A stretch of 64,000 nt of DNA from Tubiluchus corallicola (lineage: Eukaryota > Animalia > Priapulida): assembly GCA_030141605.1 (NCBI GenBank), contig JAQGDQ010000400.1, positions 1 through 64,000 on the forward strand. The letters run 5' to 3'. This document shows, one piece after another, positions 39,001 through 52,286 of the stretch. A program made the position numbers and the translations under genes. Under the pieces are notes generated by a model. The model ran no database searches and was not told where the DNA came from. It saw only the letters and a list, made by a program, of their open reading frames with translations. How positions within the stretch are numbered: position 1 is the stretch's first letter; each line of letters opens with the position of its first letter.

Positions 39001-42000
39001 AGTCAACAGGAACCCCTTCTCTTCCTCGCTGGTGTAGTCCAAAGGAAAGCTGGAGTGATATGTTTGGCACCAGGTTGGCTGCAGGAGCTGCATGCTGCAC
39101 TGGTCCGCCTTCGGGGCTCCAGTCCTAATTTGGAAGGTTTACTCCTCTACACATGTCCGTTGGGTCACTTGACCTCCTCCGCCCTCTAGCCATTGGCTGC
39201 TTGTGCAGCTCCTCCGCATAGTGTTGAGATACAGTGTGGGCATCCCGTAAGCCTATAGCACCTGGCATTCCTAGGCGGTCACCTATCCAATCACAAACCA
39301 GGCTCTATGTTGCTTAACTTCGGTGATCAGACGAGAACCGGTGTTTTCAATGTTATTTGGCCGTAGTAGATCGAGACAACCAACTAATTAAGACCACCCT
39401 TCCATGAGCAATCCAAGTCGCATGTTATAAGACCTTTATTGTAAACAAATAGAGCATTCCCGATAACGTAAGTCTAAACAATCATACACTCAAACTTCTT
39501 TGCCACGACCTCATGGTCAACAGTCCGTCTTGTTTTACACTTACCAGCTAGGTCACCAGTTGCCGCAGAGGTGCCAAAGAAATATCCGGTCGGCAGTCGA
39601 ATGCCCTTTACTTCAAAACATGGCATCCACGTTTGTCTACCTTCTTCATCTAATGACACCTTAGCAAAAAGTAAAAAAAAAGCTATAATCATAATCCATC
39701 ATCCCTGATTGTTAAATTATCTGGAATAGTTGCTGTTTAAAAATTGTTTAATCTTCATTCTTGAGAACAATCTACAAGAAATTACTCCGGCAAGGATTTT
39801 TCTTAGCACTGTTACAGTTCAATTTCAGAAATGAAAAACATTTTGTGATTCATCTCTCGTTTTCGAATTAAGTGTTGTGTCATACAGATAATGCAGACAA
39901 ATTTGCATCATCATTAAACATTTGCAGGAATTTACATGGCATCATCTTGAAATTTATGCTGATATTCTTAGTTCACACTACCGTTCCTAATACAGTAAAC
40001 TCCGCATAACTCAAATGCAACCGGACCGCAAAAAAACTTTGATTTGGGCGATATTTTGAGTTAGGCGATGTTGACCATTTTCCAGCATAGAAACTCTAAA
40101 CCCCTCCTCTAGAGGGTGAGCTAAATAGAAAGACAACCCTTCTATACATAAACGACAAGATTTGATGACCATTACACAAAGAATAACAAATTATACAGTG
40201 AAACATGACTTTTTATGTTGCAAAAGGGCACGTACACAACACTGTTAAACAATATGATAGTGGGACTACCAATGTCTTACGTACTACAGTTCAGTTTGTG
40301 CATAGTTCAACTATTTCCATTCTCCATCAAGTATTCAGTTATCTTCATCTGCTGTGACACAATGACAATAGAGTGATTGTTTTCACGTTGTCGACTGAAA
40401 CTTTACGGGAAAGATCCTCCCCAATAGATTGTTACTACGTAGTAGTCGACTGAGACCTTCCCGGAAAGATCAATCCCGGAAAAAATAACTGGGGGAACGA
40501 CTTGGAAGACATCAGCATTTTCCCGAAAGACGATACTGTTTTTGAGTTGCAAGAGAATTTTTATTTTTCTAGAGTAGAAATTGCATTTTTGAGTTAGGAA
40601 AGTGAATTACACGTATTTTGATTAAATGGACAATAATTTTTTATTTGAGTTAGGCAAAAATTTTAGTTATGCAAAAATCTGAGTTATGCAATTTTGAGTT
40701 ACGCAGAGTTTACCGTATTGAGCAAATAATTTTGTACGTAATACCGAAAACAAAAACAAGCTACATGCTTAAGAGAATTACAACTGTCAAAAAACAATCA
40801 TAACTGTACTGGGAGAGCTTCAAAGGAAGAATCCTTTAACCTGGAGTTATCAAGCAACATCTTACTGTCAAAATATCGTTGACGTATCTGATGGAAATAA
40901 ACGTGTCCCAGTTCGTGTTTCTAAACTTGGCTTCGCATCCGGCTATCTCGGTATGAGTACCATCTCGATCGTGATCATAGTGCAATGAACCATTATTTAC
41001 CATTGCAGAGACATATGGGTGTTTATGCTATAAAATGCGAAATATCTCAAACACATAAATCTTTCAAAAAGAGTCTGTTAGATTAAAGTAAAGTAAAATT
41101 AAAATAGTTACAAATTTTAAGATAAAGTTAATACAAACTTTAACAAAAACCCGACACATGCAAAACATTTCTATTAAATAAGTAAGTAACTAAGCAATTT
41201 ATTGTCATTATAGCATAAAGCATACAATGAAATTTATGTGGTTTTACATACTGCAATAACTTATAGAAACAACAATGAGATTAACACAAATACAGTTGTA
41301 CAGTGAAATAGAGAATTAATATTGAAGATTTACTGAAATTTACTGTTGATGGTACAAATTGCAACAGGATAGAAATAATTTAGAGTTCTTGTGGTTACAG
41401 AGTTAATTGAGCAGAATCTATGACCAGAAGGGAGCATTTCAAAGTATTTATTACCTGGATGGAATTCATCTTTCATGATAACTTGCGCTCTCTTTGCGAC
41501 CCTAGTTTCATACAAATATGCCATAGATTGCTGTTCAACTCCTATAACTTTTGAGACGTATATTTTATTTTATTTTAGTCGAAATAAGACAAACAAGCCA
41601 CTTGGCTGATAATAATTTGGCTGCTTAGCTTGGCCTAAAAGTAATTATGACATCATATTATAAGATTACAAATTTTGGCTTCGACATCTCTTAGATAGTT
41701 AACCCAGGTACTACAGTATCATCTTCCCCACCTGGGCAGTTTTGGAGGAACAAGATTTTGAAGGTAAAAAGTGCCAAGTTCAGCAGTTTTTTTGGCTGTT
41801 GTTAAGTGATTACATTTGTCAGAGCAGCCAACTATACCTCAGGCCCCACCTGGTGGCAAGTAAGTTAGGAACCGGATCAGCGATTGTGGAGAAATACTGA
41901 GGAAACAGAGAAATACGGTAGACAGATAGATAAGCAACTGAGTAAGAAAATGCGTAAATGTGCATTCCAGTGAAATCACTTTTTCACTTACATTGTGTGG

Positions 42001-45000
42001 TCCATTTTGGTTAGCATAGGTGTCTAAGAAAATCCCAAGTCCATTGAAGTGATCTTTAGAACCAAAAACGTCTCCTAAAAAGTATCATTTTTCAGTTTAC
42101 ATAAAAAATGTTGCACACATTGTACAACAATTACACGTACTATGCACAAAAGTTAATATATGTCAAAAGTTACCAGCACTAAGCTATCTCCAATATATAA
42201 CTATAAAAATCTGTGATCAACAATCAAGACTACAAAACTGTGAGTACTGAGAATAAGAGTGAGAATACATTACTAGTGATCAAACGTTCGAAATATGAAG
42301 TAAAAGAAGTGAGATTTCAGTAAATCCCACTTGTCTTTTTGAAATTCAATATAATTACCTAATACCATTTTGTCTTTAGTATACCATAATGCGAAGCCAT
42401 CGCCAAACAATTCACGACCTCTGCCATGAACTTTGAAATGAACCTGCATTTCCCAGTCTCTTAAGCGACATGGCTGCAAAAAAATAGTGCCGATTACAGC
42501 CTCATAATAAAAATTACTTACATGTAAACTTGCGAGTTGTAAGGCCGCTTCTACATTTGTTTGGCTTTTTTGGCATTAATCATACTGTTACATGCAACAT
42601 GAAAGACTAATGTATGAAAAGTTTGTAAATACAAGTAAGTCATTAACAGATTTTCATACTTATCTTATTCGACATAAAAAGCTTGTATAGTATTGCAAAA
42701 CTTTGTTTAATTTAAAATTTTACTATTTTGGTTTCTATCTAATGTTTCTAACCGCAGACAGAATAAAGACAGAAACTCAAAAATAAAGATCACTCACCGC
42801 TCATTGCATGACATTATATAAAATAAAGTTCATTAAATTTAGACACAAATTTTCCGAATAGCAATATTTCTATATCTTTGATTATCGATGGCTAAAAGAA
42901 TATACAATACAAAATACAGAAAATAAAATGCAAAATAAAACACATAGTAAAAAAATAATGCTAATTTTCTGGGCCTTATTCTCACTTGTGTCAGGTTACT
43001 CAATTTCACTTGAAGCAGAAGGATTCACCAAAGGGGTGCAAATGGAATTTAAATTGTATGAGAACATTAAAAACGTCTAATGACACCTCGAGCGACCAAA
43101 ATGAATGCCACAAACAAGATCCCAGATACTAACTAACTAACAATATAATCGGACATTACTAACATTGCTATTGTTAATATTACTTTGTTTATTTATTGTT
43201 TACTTATTTCACATCAACACAAATACACAATTAATACATTAAAAGAAACAAAAGTTATCAATAATTCAGTGAACAACAAACAGTAAGATACATAATAGGA
43301 AGTAAATTTTGGAAAAAATGATTTAAACTGTCTTTAGACGTAGGTGAACCTATGGTAAATAAAGATAGTGATATTGCTACTTCCTTTAATACTGGTGTGT
43401 AAACAACGTTATGTACAGCATCATTACAAATATACTAACTTGACTCTCAAAACACTGTGGGGTTGAAAGATAAACAAGAGAATTATCGCTCTTGTATGTT
43501 GCTGAGTAAATTCGTATACAGTTTACATTGAGCACATAACTAGTTTAGATATACCATAGTTTAGGTTTGCTATATATACAAACGTAAATGTGTTGCGGGC
43601 ATAAAAAGCAGGGCTTGTTATTACAATGAACAAATACCTAAATAGACACAGAAACAAATAAATGCAGTTTCTTATCAAGGATTTATTATTATAAAGCTTA
43701 AACAATCATACTCTCAGTAACACGGGTTACAAATGGAAATTTTTTATGACCTGCAAATGTATTTTATGCTGGTTCTAAAACTGAGCCTACCTTTTTAACA
43801 ATAACAATCAAATAACACCTTGTGTGTAAGTGAGAAGTAAACTTACCACTGAATTCCACAATGCACCTTTTTGGCTTTGTTTATCATGGGTTAGTCTGAC
43901 ATAGTTGTTAGTTACAATTGTGCTACCAATAAAATCCCACAGTGCCAGATTTGCTCCTGACCCTGCAAAAAGACATCACCATCAGTGTTGCAACATGTGC
44001 ATAAATCTCATACCATCCAAACTGAAAATGGAAATATTTCGTTAATTTGTGGCGTACTTAATTGGTAGTTGAGTCGACTTGAGTTGAATGGTGTGTTTCG
44101 CGTGTGTTTTGTACTATTACCATTTTATTTTCTTCTGTAACTCACTCTTCACTGTAATTTTATCAGATGTGCAAATAAATTAATTAAGTTAAATCCGTCA
44201 ATAATCATAATAATAACATCTGGACTGTTTCACAGAAGAAAAAGTGGCAGCAGCAACAATGAACACTACAGCCACGATGACAATGGCAAAATGAATATTT
44301 TACGGCTATTTAGATATAACTGGTCATTTCCAAATTATTGCTAACAATTCTGCTTAATGCTTACGTTCAGTTTGGCACAGAACAGTAACAAACATTTTCA
44401 AAGTCCTCAGATGACACTCTGCTGAATGAAACCATCTTTCAATCTGCTGAGCTACAAAAACGCCTCCTGGAAGCAACTTTACAAAAAGCCTATGTGGTTA
44501 ACTAAAAGCATGGTATGAAAATTTGGCAGTCAGTATAAAACTTTGCATACTTTTTACACTAACAGTGAATTTTGTTGTCTTTGTTGGTATCAAGCTTCAA
44601 AAAGTTTCTGTTCAATCTCTCAGCCTTCCATTTGAAAGACTGTAGGAGAAAGAAATTACAACAATTTTTCCCAAATCAAAGTAAATATTCAGGAAACATT
44701 TAATACGATTCCTCTTTTTTCCACATCTACATGAAAAACTTCGCAATATTTACTTCTCTTATTTCTACATATGCTTGAAAAACTTTTACCATAAAGTTAT
44801 ATTGCTGAGTGCTGAATAATAATTTTTTCCAATTTCCGATTATTTCTGAAGCTGCCTGCAGTTAGACAATGATTAAAAATCGGTGTGGTCAGTGTTGGAA
44901 AAACATAAACAAATGCAAGCTATACGTTAGCTGTCTCATTGTCAATCACTTATAAAACCTGAAAAATTGTTTTTAATTTACGTACCTGAACTTTTGTAAA

Positions 45001-45522
45001 AGTTTTTGTAACAGAATGAAAACTTCAAGGAAAATTTCATATTAGCTAGTGTACATGATTTTGCGGAGTTTCTTTTGTTTTAATATCCTGTTTACGTATA
45101 GCTTCAGAAAACAAGAAAATTTAAAGGTACAACAATGAGAGTGGCTCGCTCAATGCCAACCATAGACAGCGTCATTAAACCATTCACTGGTACAGATTTA
45201 ATATTTGCCATTCCAAGTTGTCTACACTTATTTCAGTAATGGTGGTATAGTGGGACTGGCGTTTTTGTCAAGTGCCATGCAAAAGGACGATAGGCCAATT
45301 AAAACTCCACCAACATCGTAAATTACACAAATATAAGGAGTCATCGCAAAATAATTTCATGCGTAATTTCATAATTTCAAACTAACCTTGATATGGCTTA
45401 ACTAATGAATGTTCTCTTTTTAGAAAATCATTTGTGTTAAATAACTTTTCAGCTTGTATCGTAAAGTAACTAAAAAACAATACAAATAGCACCAAAAACT
45501 GTTGTTCCATGGAGATCGCCAT
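36050..45522 (-). CDS. LMAN2: VIP36/VIPL-like L-type lectin, complete, 8 exons, 333 aa
   Basis: Exons 45522-45387, 43962-43847, 42473-42359, 42074-41992, 41027-40866, 39659-39545, 38305-38195, 36213-36050 (1002 nt, all GT-AG, phases match). Signal peptide, LKREHSLVKPYQG, DWEMQVHFKVHG..GDGFALWY, GIFLDTYAN, YDHDRDGTH, LPTGYFFG.SAATGDL, TM helix and RKRFY C-terminus. Confidence 0.97.
36625..38088. repeat. Minisatellite, ~35 x 42 bp, in the last LMAN2 intron
   Basis: Unit GTCACTTAGTCGTCCCGCAGCAGCTGAAACGAGTACGTTGAC; a 1-bp deletion near 37820 ends the long ORFs. Confidence 0.97.
38836..39367 (-). mobile_element. Full-length 5S rRNA-derived SINE (SINE3-type), 532 bp
   Basis: ~119-nt 5S head (39367-39249: CTACGGCCA..ACACCGGTTCTCGTCTGATCACCGAAGTTAAGCAAC..TGGATAGGTGACCGCCTAGGAATGCCAGGTGCTATAGGCTT), ~410-nt body shared with 59020-59463, CAACAA tail, 13-bp TSD with 2 mismatches (agattgagacagc 38823-38835 / agatcgagacaac 39368-39380). 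Confidence 0.92.
39249..39367 (-). pseudogene. 5S rRNA-like sequence forming the SINE head (not a functional rDNA unit)
   Basis: Full-length match to metazoan 5S rRNA with scattered substitutions; no oligo-T terminator follows and it runs straight into the SINE body. Confidence 0.85.
39993..40715. mobile_element. Tc1/mariner-superfamily (pogo/Tigger-like) MITE, 723 bp
   Basis: TIRs CAGTAAACTCCGCATAACTCAAA / TTTGAGTTACGCAGAGTTTACCG (3 mismatches), TA on both sides, subterminal TGAGTTA.G repeats. Confidence 0.9.
41176..41560 (-). mobile_element. Rex1/Babar-like LINE 3' fragment
   Basis: ORF 41330..41524 reads IMKDEFHPGNKYFEMLPSGHRFCSI..TTRTLNYFYPVAI, matching the HP...F.LLPSGRR....TR...SF.P.AI terminus of Rex1-type ORFs; minus-strand AATAAA plus (TTAC)n tail. 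Confidence 0.8.
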
Positions 45523-45949
45523 ATTGCCACCGGTCAACAGACTAAGCCTGATTTTATTCAAATAATTTTATTGAGCACCCACCACATTTTATCTTTGTGC
45601 AATGTGCATATGAACCTGAAATTATTTCGATTCGAACCTGAAATTATAGATTAGAATAATTCAGCACTCCAGCCACACACGTTCTTTGTCATTAAAATTT
45701 TCGAAAAGTATACACTTAGCACAATTTAGCTGCAGTTTCTGTGCAAAACTTTTAACAAACTAATGGCGGTTTTACTGCAGAACAAAATCAAATAATATGC
45801 GTGTTTTTTTGTAAAACCCTTTTTACTAGTAGTTCGAAAACTGGTTCGAAATCTTTCAAACTCAATTCGAATTCGATTCGGATTCGAAATGCTGAAATTC
45901 GGTTCGATTATAATTCGAAAGTCACAAATTAGAGAAGTAGCTTTGAGCT

Positions 45950-46830
45950 TAGCGGTATGGCAGATTTGGACTGTTTGGCAGATTTGGCGGTATTGCAGAT
46001 TTGGCAGTATAACAAAATTGGCAGTATCGCAGATTTGAGAGGTTTGGTAGGCTTGATGAGTGACAGTGGTGCAGTGGAGTGTGTGTCGTGTACGTCTTTT
46101 ATAGGCTATGTAAGCCCTTTATTTGTGGGTGTTCCAAGTGACATGTTAGCGCACTAGAAGTTTTCCAATGTTTTGTGACGGTCTTACATGGAACATTTAG
46201 TTTACAATCTATGCATGTCATAATTGCTAAGCGAGGACGATGTAAAGTTCCTGCCGCTCTTAACACACTCAACTGATACGTACCATCTGCACATTCACGT
46301 CTGCCAATTCTACTGCACACGCACAGTCAAATGACAACGTGGCACCACAGTTTAAACAATAGTATTATATATGTTACTATTACTCAAAATGTGATGGCAC
46401 GTTGATTGTCTGACTTACTGATTCGATTCGAATGAAAAACAAACAAACGAGCGAATGAGCATGCACGCGTGCACGTACTGACTAACTGACTGACCATGAC
46501 TAACTTCACTAACTTGCCAGCTAAGCTAATCAATTAGTCACTTAGCTCCTCACGCACTTTGTTAGACAGGGAGCTTTGTCAATTTGGCATTATGGCAAAT
46601 TTGCAAGTATGGCAGATTTGGTGGATTGACAGGTTTGGCGACTTTTGCAATTTAGCAGGCTTGTTGAGTGTGACAGTGATGCAGTGATGAGAGTTCCGAT
46701 GAAGCATTTAGAGGAAATCCTTGTAAGCCTGCTACAAGCCATTTAAGAGTGTACGTGGGTGCAATGACTCATGGCAGTCTATATATAGAGAGTTTTAAAA
46801 TTTTGTGCGGCTTTGCATGGAGCACTTCCC
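45950..46830 (+). repeat. Diverged ~250-bp duplication (about 45950-46200 and 46600-46830) with TGGCAGATT microrepeats
   Basis: Shared order: atggcagatttgg..aggcttg.tgagtg(tg)acagtg.tgcagtg..gtaagcc..gtgggtg..ttttgtg.cgg..catgga.ca.tt. Confidence 0.6.
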
Positions 46831-49091
46831 TAATTTTTGTTGTCTACTTCCGGTATTGCATCATGACTATTGCAGCTTCTTAAGTTGTTCATAGTACTTG
46901 TGCATTTGCTTCCATTAGACCTTCAACTTGAACCACTTTTTATTTCAAATGTGACAAGCATTTACAGGCAAACAAATAGGTGTGTCTGTCTCATGTGAAG
47001 ATAAAGGACTATTATCATTGCCTTTGTTTGTACTTTTGTAACGATGTATTCTTCAATTCTAGGATAATTTAATTTAATTTTTTTATTTACTTTTTATTAA
47101 ATTTTATTTTCATAACTACACTTCCCTCTATAACTCTGCATTTTTCTATCAACTTTTAACTTGCTTTTTCAAGTATATTTGTCTCTAAAAATCGTAATTT
47201 TTTGGCCAATCTTTCAACCTTGGCTTTAAGCTCTTCTATTCTTTCTTTTATTTTGCTTTCACCATATTTTTCATGTTAACTTTTTACTCCTTGTGCTATT
47301 TGTTCCACTACACAGTAAATGTCATACTTAGTCTTTATTTTCTCATACCAATACTTCTCATAATCTCTTTCTGCACTGTCAACACTTTCCTTCCCGTTCT
47401 TTCAACATCAGAAGTGACTAAATTGCACCGTCAACTTCTGTATTTCACTCTATTTATCATTGGCCGTCTTCCTGTTTTTTTTTATTTAAGTTTTTCCTTA
47501 CTGTTTTTTTCTGTGTATTTTCTAACACTTTCCACTCTTCTTTTGTTAGGTGTTTAGGTTTCACTATTATTGAGTATTGCAGCAATTATCATTGACTTGT
47601 ATTAACCTGGTTCCCAGTGACTTATATCCCATTGGCCGTCTTCCCGTTCTTACCATCATATCCCAATATGAATAAATTTTTTTAATTTGGCCTAAGGTTT
47701 TCTTTGTATTTTCCAACAGTTTGCAGTTTTTTGTTATATTGTCTAGGTTTCATTATTATTAAGTATAGCAAGAATTACCATTGACTCGTATTTCATCCAT
47801 TCCTATATTTTAAATCATGAATTCGATATTATGTTTCCCTACACTATAAATATTTATATTTTTATCGTGCTGATCTTTTTCTGATGTACTGCTGTTTTAT
47901 TATTGTGCACAGTGCCACTTAGGTTGCGTGTTATTGTGAATTTATGATTTTATTGATTTGAACATCAAGGAAGGGTAGGTCCGCCATGGATTACAGTTTT
48001 ACAGTTTTACTTCAAGTTAAGACTTGATTCTGCTGGTTTTTGCATAAATTGCGTTTTCATTATTAAATTAACTTCTGAAAGCATCACCATACGTTTATAA
48101 TAGTTTCCTTAGAATACATGGTTTCGTTAATATTAATGGCGATCCTTTTAACACCCTGCCCACCACCTCGTTTTGCTCAGTCCTGTAAACTAAACGTGTA
48201 CCCGGTTGGAAACTGGAACCATGAAATGTAAGTAGTAAGTAAGTAAGTAAGGAATGAAGTAAGTAAGTAAGTAATTTTCTCCATAAATTTACAATAATTT
48301 GACAATAAAATACAAACGAACATGGGAGAAAGGGGGGCGAAAAACCAGAGGTTATTGAGTCAACCACCCTTCTTAGAAAGACAGAAAACAAAAGACGCTA
48401 ATGACAGCAGAACACAACTATTAAAAATACATAAACGTCCATAAATACAAAAACCAAAAATACAACAACAGCAAAAAAAAACAAAAACCAAAAAGCAGTC
48501 GTTCCTAAATATACTCAAACATTAAACATAATTATATATGGTTCAAAACACAAAAGAGAAAAGAGAATATTTTAATGTTCGGAAAAACAACATTTGCAAA
48601 ATAAAATTTCAAATAGCAAAAAGAAAGAAAAAAGGTAAAAAAAGCAAGATAAATTGTCCTGACAATTGCAATACATTAATAAATATTGTATTTGAAAACT
48701 AACAAATGTATGATCCAGATTTAATTATCATAACAGCAGAAAACAAATAACTGTCTGATTTAACAAATAAGCAATATTTTTAAGCATTACTAAGAAAAGG
48801 CCAAAAATATATAAATGTACAATAAATTATCAAGTGCCTGTATCAGCAATCAAGCTGATAAGCATTAAAATAAAGCAAAACTATTTGCAAAGCATATCAA
48901 AATTGGCAGCGAGTGTAATTGCGGCAATGCAAATTGGACATCATGCAGGCAGTGCATAGGTAAACATGCAAGCATTAAAGTAAGTACAGCTGGTAAGCCA
49001 TGCATATTGCTAGCTAAGTGACAAATTTATGAACTACTAAGTAACTCATTGAAAATACCTCACAGCGTGTATTTCTATGTGTGTATGTTGT

Positions 49092-49353
49092 GGGGGCGTG
49101 CTGGTGACGTTTTCGCCTACGCAGCCAACGAGCCAATCAGAAAGGTCTTGTTTTGGAAAGGTCTTGTTTATGTTGCCTCTATCTTTGTGACCGAATTTTG
49201 ACCAGACGCCATTGCTTGGATTTGGTGTAATGTTTGCGTTCTTACCATATATTATAACAGTTGTTTAGACAGCATGTTTACAATTACTAGTGTGTTATAA
49301 AGGAAGTAACACTTCATTCTTACTATCTTTGAATAGACGAAACCGGCATTAAA
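49092..49353 (+). promoter_or_regulatory. Probable promoter and non-coding first exon of the Bcl-2 family gene
   Basis: GC box GGGGGCGTG (49092), TGACGT (49105), AGCCAATCAG (49131), then donor AAA|GTAAGT at 49353/49354; matching acceptor ttccag at 50863, 11 nt before the ATG. Confidence 0.6.
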
Positions 49354-50432
49354 GTAAGTAATTATTTTATCACCTTTTAAATCTTCGTAATATTTCCTGT
49401 TCCGACGGCAATACTGTTCATAAGGTGAATAAAAATTAATCATTATCATAGAGGTAGCCTACTATAAGTTTCACTAATCTAACAGAATTTGTTTTGTACA
49501 TCATCATAGTTACAGTGGTGTATGTAGAGTTGTGTTGTTGAACATAATTTATGTACGTCAACAAATCACTGAGTTTACTGTGAATAAGTTGCCAATTTGG
49601 ATGGTACGCAGTGTCTTCATTGTTTTTCTTTGGCTTTTTTGGACTACAATAGATTTGAAATTATCGTAAGAAGATACTGTGATAAATGAAATCTACTGTC
49701 AGTTGCCATAAAATGAGCAAGGGTGAGAATAAGATCGTTTCATGGTAACCTATTAGCCGTTCACCATAAAACCAGTAATGGTCACCCATGCGCTATTTTG
49801 CACAAAACTAGCGATTTTTGTTTTTCAAGTGATTTTTTTTCATTACCAAATATTACTACATTGAATTATTCTACAAATAAACTTAGTATAAAATTGGGTA
49901 ATTTGCAGTTTGTTACTGTTTTATAATTTAAAGAATAATTAGGCGTTACCATTTACAGCATAGCAAAAATTACTGGAAAGTTCGCACGACAGAAGAGCTT
50001 TCAATAACATAGTTTCTTTTTCAGTTCTCGCTGAACTAACTTTGGTTAGAAAGACCATAGTGTTTATCTTCTTTGTAATATTAGTCGTAAACAAATAAAA
50101 AAAGTGTAAGGCAGTAAACACTTCATGTTTACAGCAATGGTTATGCACAAGTGCTGTGTTGTTGTCATTAACAGTTTATCACTTCACTTCCTTAGCTGTC
50201 TTTCTTAAGTAGATTTACGGTTACATATGTTAATACGATTGCACAGTCAGTAGTTACTGAGCATGCTCATGAGAGAAGCTATCCATAATGGGCTCAAAAC
50301 TACGTGAAGATGGCATTATTTGCACAATGAGTAGGGAGTACCTTTTGCATCTCTTTTTACTTTGGCTTCATTTATTGTAGAATGCAGAAACTTGATGGGT
50401 AAATTAATTCTCCTGAGAAAGACAAAGTTAAA

Positions 50433-50743
50433 GTTCATAATTATGTGACAGTAGTTTACTGTTTTATTTAAGTCTTCTAAGTTCAAACCCACAGAAAGTT
50501 TGATGTGCTCACACAGAATGTGATAATGCTTACAACATGCATATTATCTATTTTAACTGTACCTCACATTCGCAGAGCTCTGGAGTTTGCTCATAATTAT
50601 GTGACAGTAGTTTGCGGTTTTTTTAAGTCTTCTAAGTTCAAACCAACAGAAAGTTTGATGTGCTCATACGGAATGTGATGTTGTTTGCAACATGCATATT
50701 ACCTATTTTAACTATACCTCACATTCTCAGAGCTCTGGGGTTT
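50433..50743 (+). repeat. Two-copy ~155-bp tandem duplication
   Basis: tcataattatgtgacagtagttt...ttaagtcttctaagttcaaacc.acagaaagtttgatgtgctca...acctcacatt..cagagctctgg twice. Confidence 0.92.
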
Positions 50744-50874
50744 ATCTAAATTTAAATAATTTGTCGTTCCTTGCCTCAAATAACTAATGTATCCTGAAAA
50801 TTAAGTGCTTGTAATTAAGGTAATTAAGGTGTATCGGACTGATAGTAGACATTTTTGTTCCAGGCTATTTAAGA

Positions 50875-52286
50875 ATGGGAACAAAGTTAATTCAAGAAAT
50901 GATGTTCGTTCATGAGCAGGAGAGGCACAGCCATGAAATCAATCAGTCACAAGATTTTCTCATGGCGGACTTCTTAATAAAATATAATCGAGGTGAGGTT
51001 GACGCGGACGATGCACCAAATAAGGTCGCAGACACAATGAGGAAAGTGACGACCAGTTTATTAATGAAACACGAGGTGCTTTATACGGAACTGGTCACCA
51101 AGTATGTGGAATCAGAAAATGGCAACATTGACAACATTTGTATAAAGGACGTAGCAGCTGAAGTGTTTAACGACGGTGTCATAAGCTGGGGGCGTATTGC
51201 GTCTCTGTACACTTTTGCCTGCAAAGTGGGAAGGTACTGCAAAGCTAAGAATGTTGGCACAGAACGACTGGCACTTGAACTGGCAGAATTTACATCATCA
51301 GAGTTAGGTGGTTGGATCAGGCAGAATGGTGATTGGGTATGTTTGATTACAATGCACATTTAGTTCTAAAGATTTGAGTTTTTACAAAAAGTTGTTTTCT
51401 GGTACATTCAGTTATATAAGCAGCATCACATTGTACTGATTTATATTTTTCCTCTTCAGTAAAAGTGATGATTTTCTTAATATGTAATGTATCTGTGTAT
51501 GATACAGTGCAAAAACTGTCCTTTTTTCAAGTTGGCAGGCTCAAGATTTGTTTGCTGTGTGCCCTCATATAGTGAACTCGAAAGGGTTAGTTGGAAAGCT
51601 AGATTTTTGCAAGTTAACCGTTTCGATGCCAAGTAATAATTCTGGGACATTGAAATCTTTGTACTTTCTGCCATTTGAAGCTTCATCCTTATGCTCACTG
51701 CTTGGTGTAAATTAATGCAAACTGTGCCTGCCTCAGTCACTGATGTGAAACCAATTAGAGAATCAGCTTAGTTCTATGCTTTACTGGCAGCTATGTGTTT
51801 GAAGGTTTACAGATGGAAGATGGTTTGAAAGGGAAGATGTTGAGTAGAATTTAGAACTGCATGCAACTTGGGATAGTTTCCCTGCAAAGCTAGCTGATAA
51901 ACAGACTATATAACAAATTTAACAATCTTACATCTAGGTCTGTATTAGTAACTATTTGCTATAGTAGGCCTACTGCCTAAACTAAACAGCTGTTCAGTTA
52001 ATGCATCCTGGAAAATACTGTGTCTGGCAAACAGTGAAATCCATTCCCATCACACAAAATTTTTATGCCATACAAATATCTCATATAAAATCAGCAAAAT
52101 GTACAAAACTTTGGAAAATTATTACAAACAAAATTTGTTTTTAGTAGTTCTTCTTTTTTTCAGAATGCCTTTGTTGTCAAGTTCTCTAATGACAATATTG
52201 ATGCCAAAATCAAGAAAGGACTTATGTGGACTTTGGCTGGTTTAGGACTTGGTCTTATAGTAACCTATGCCAGACATGGCAGCTGA
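50875..52286 (+). CDS. Bcl-2 family apoptosis regulator, MCL1-like, 194 aa, 2 coding exons
   Basis: Exons 50875-51336 and 52164-52286. BH1 EVFNDGVISWGRIASLYTF, BH2 WIRQNGDW|NAF with the intron after the BH2 Trp as is usual in this family, C-terminal TM GLMWTLAGLGLGLIVTYA. Confidence 0.93.

Noticed and set aside
38836-39189. 117-aa ORF and related ORFs at 59144-59536
   Set aside because: They lie in the SINE body and frames are not preserved between the two copies.
39249-39367. Functional 5S rRNA gene
   Set aside because: Substitutions, no T-run terminator, fused to a repeat body and enclosed by a TSD.
44405-44436. Hammerhead ribozyme (CAGATGACACTC...GAATGAAAC)
   Set aside because: Core and stem II are both mismatched and no stems I/III were found.
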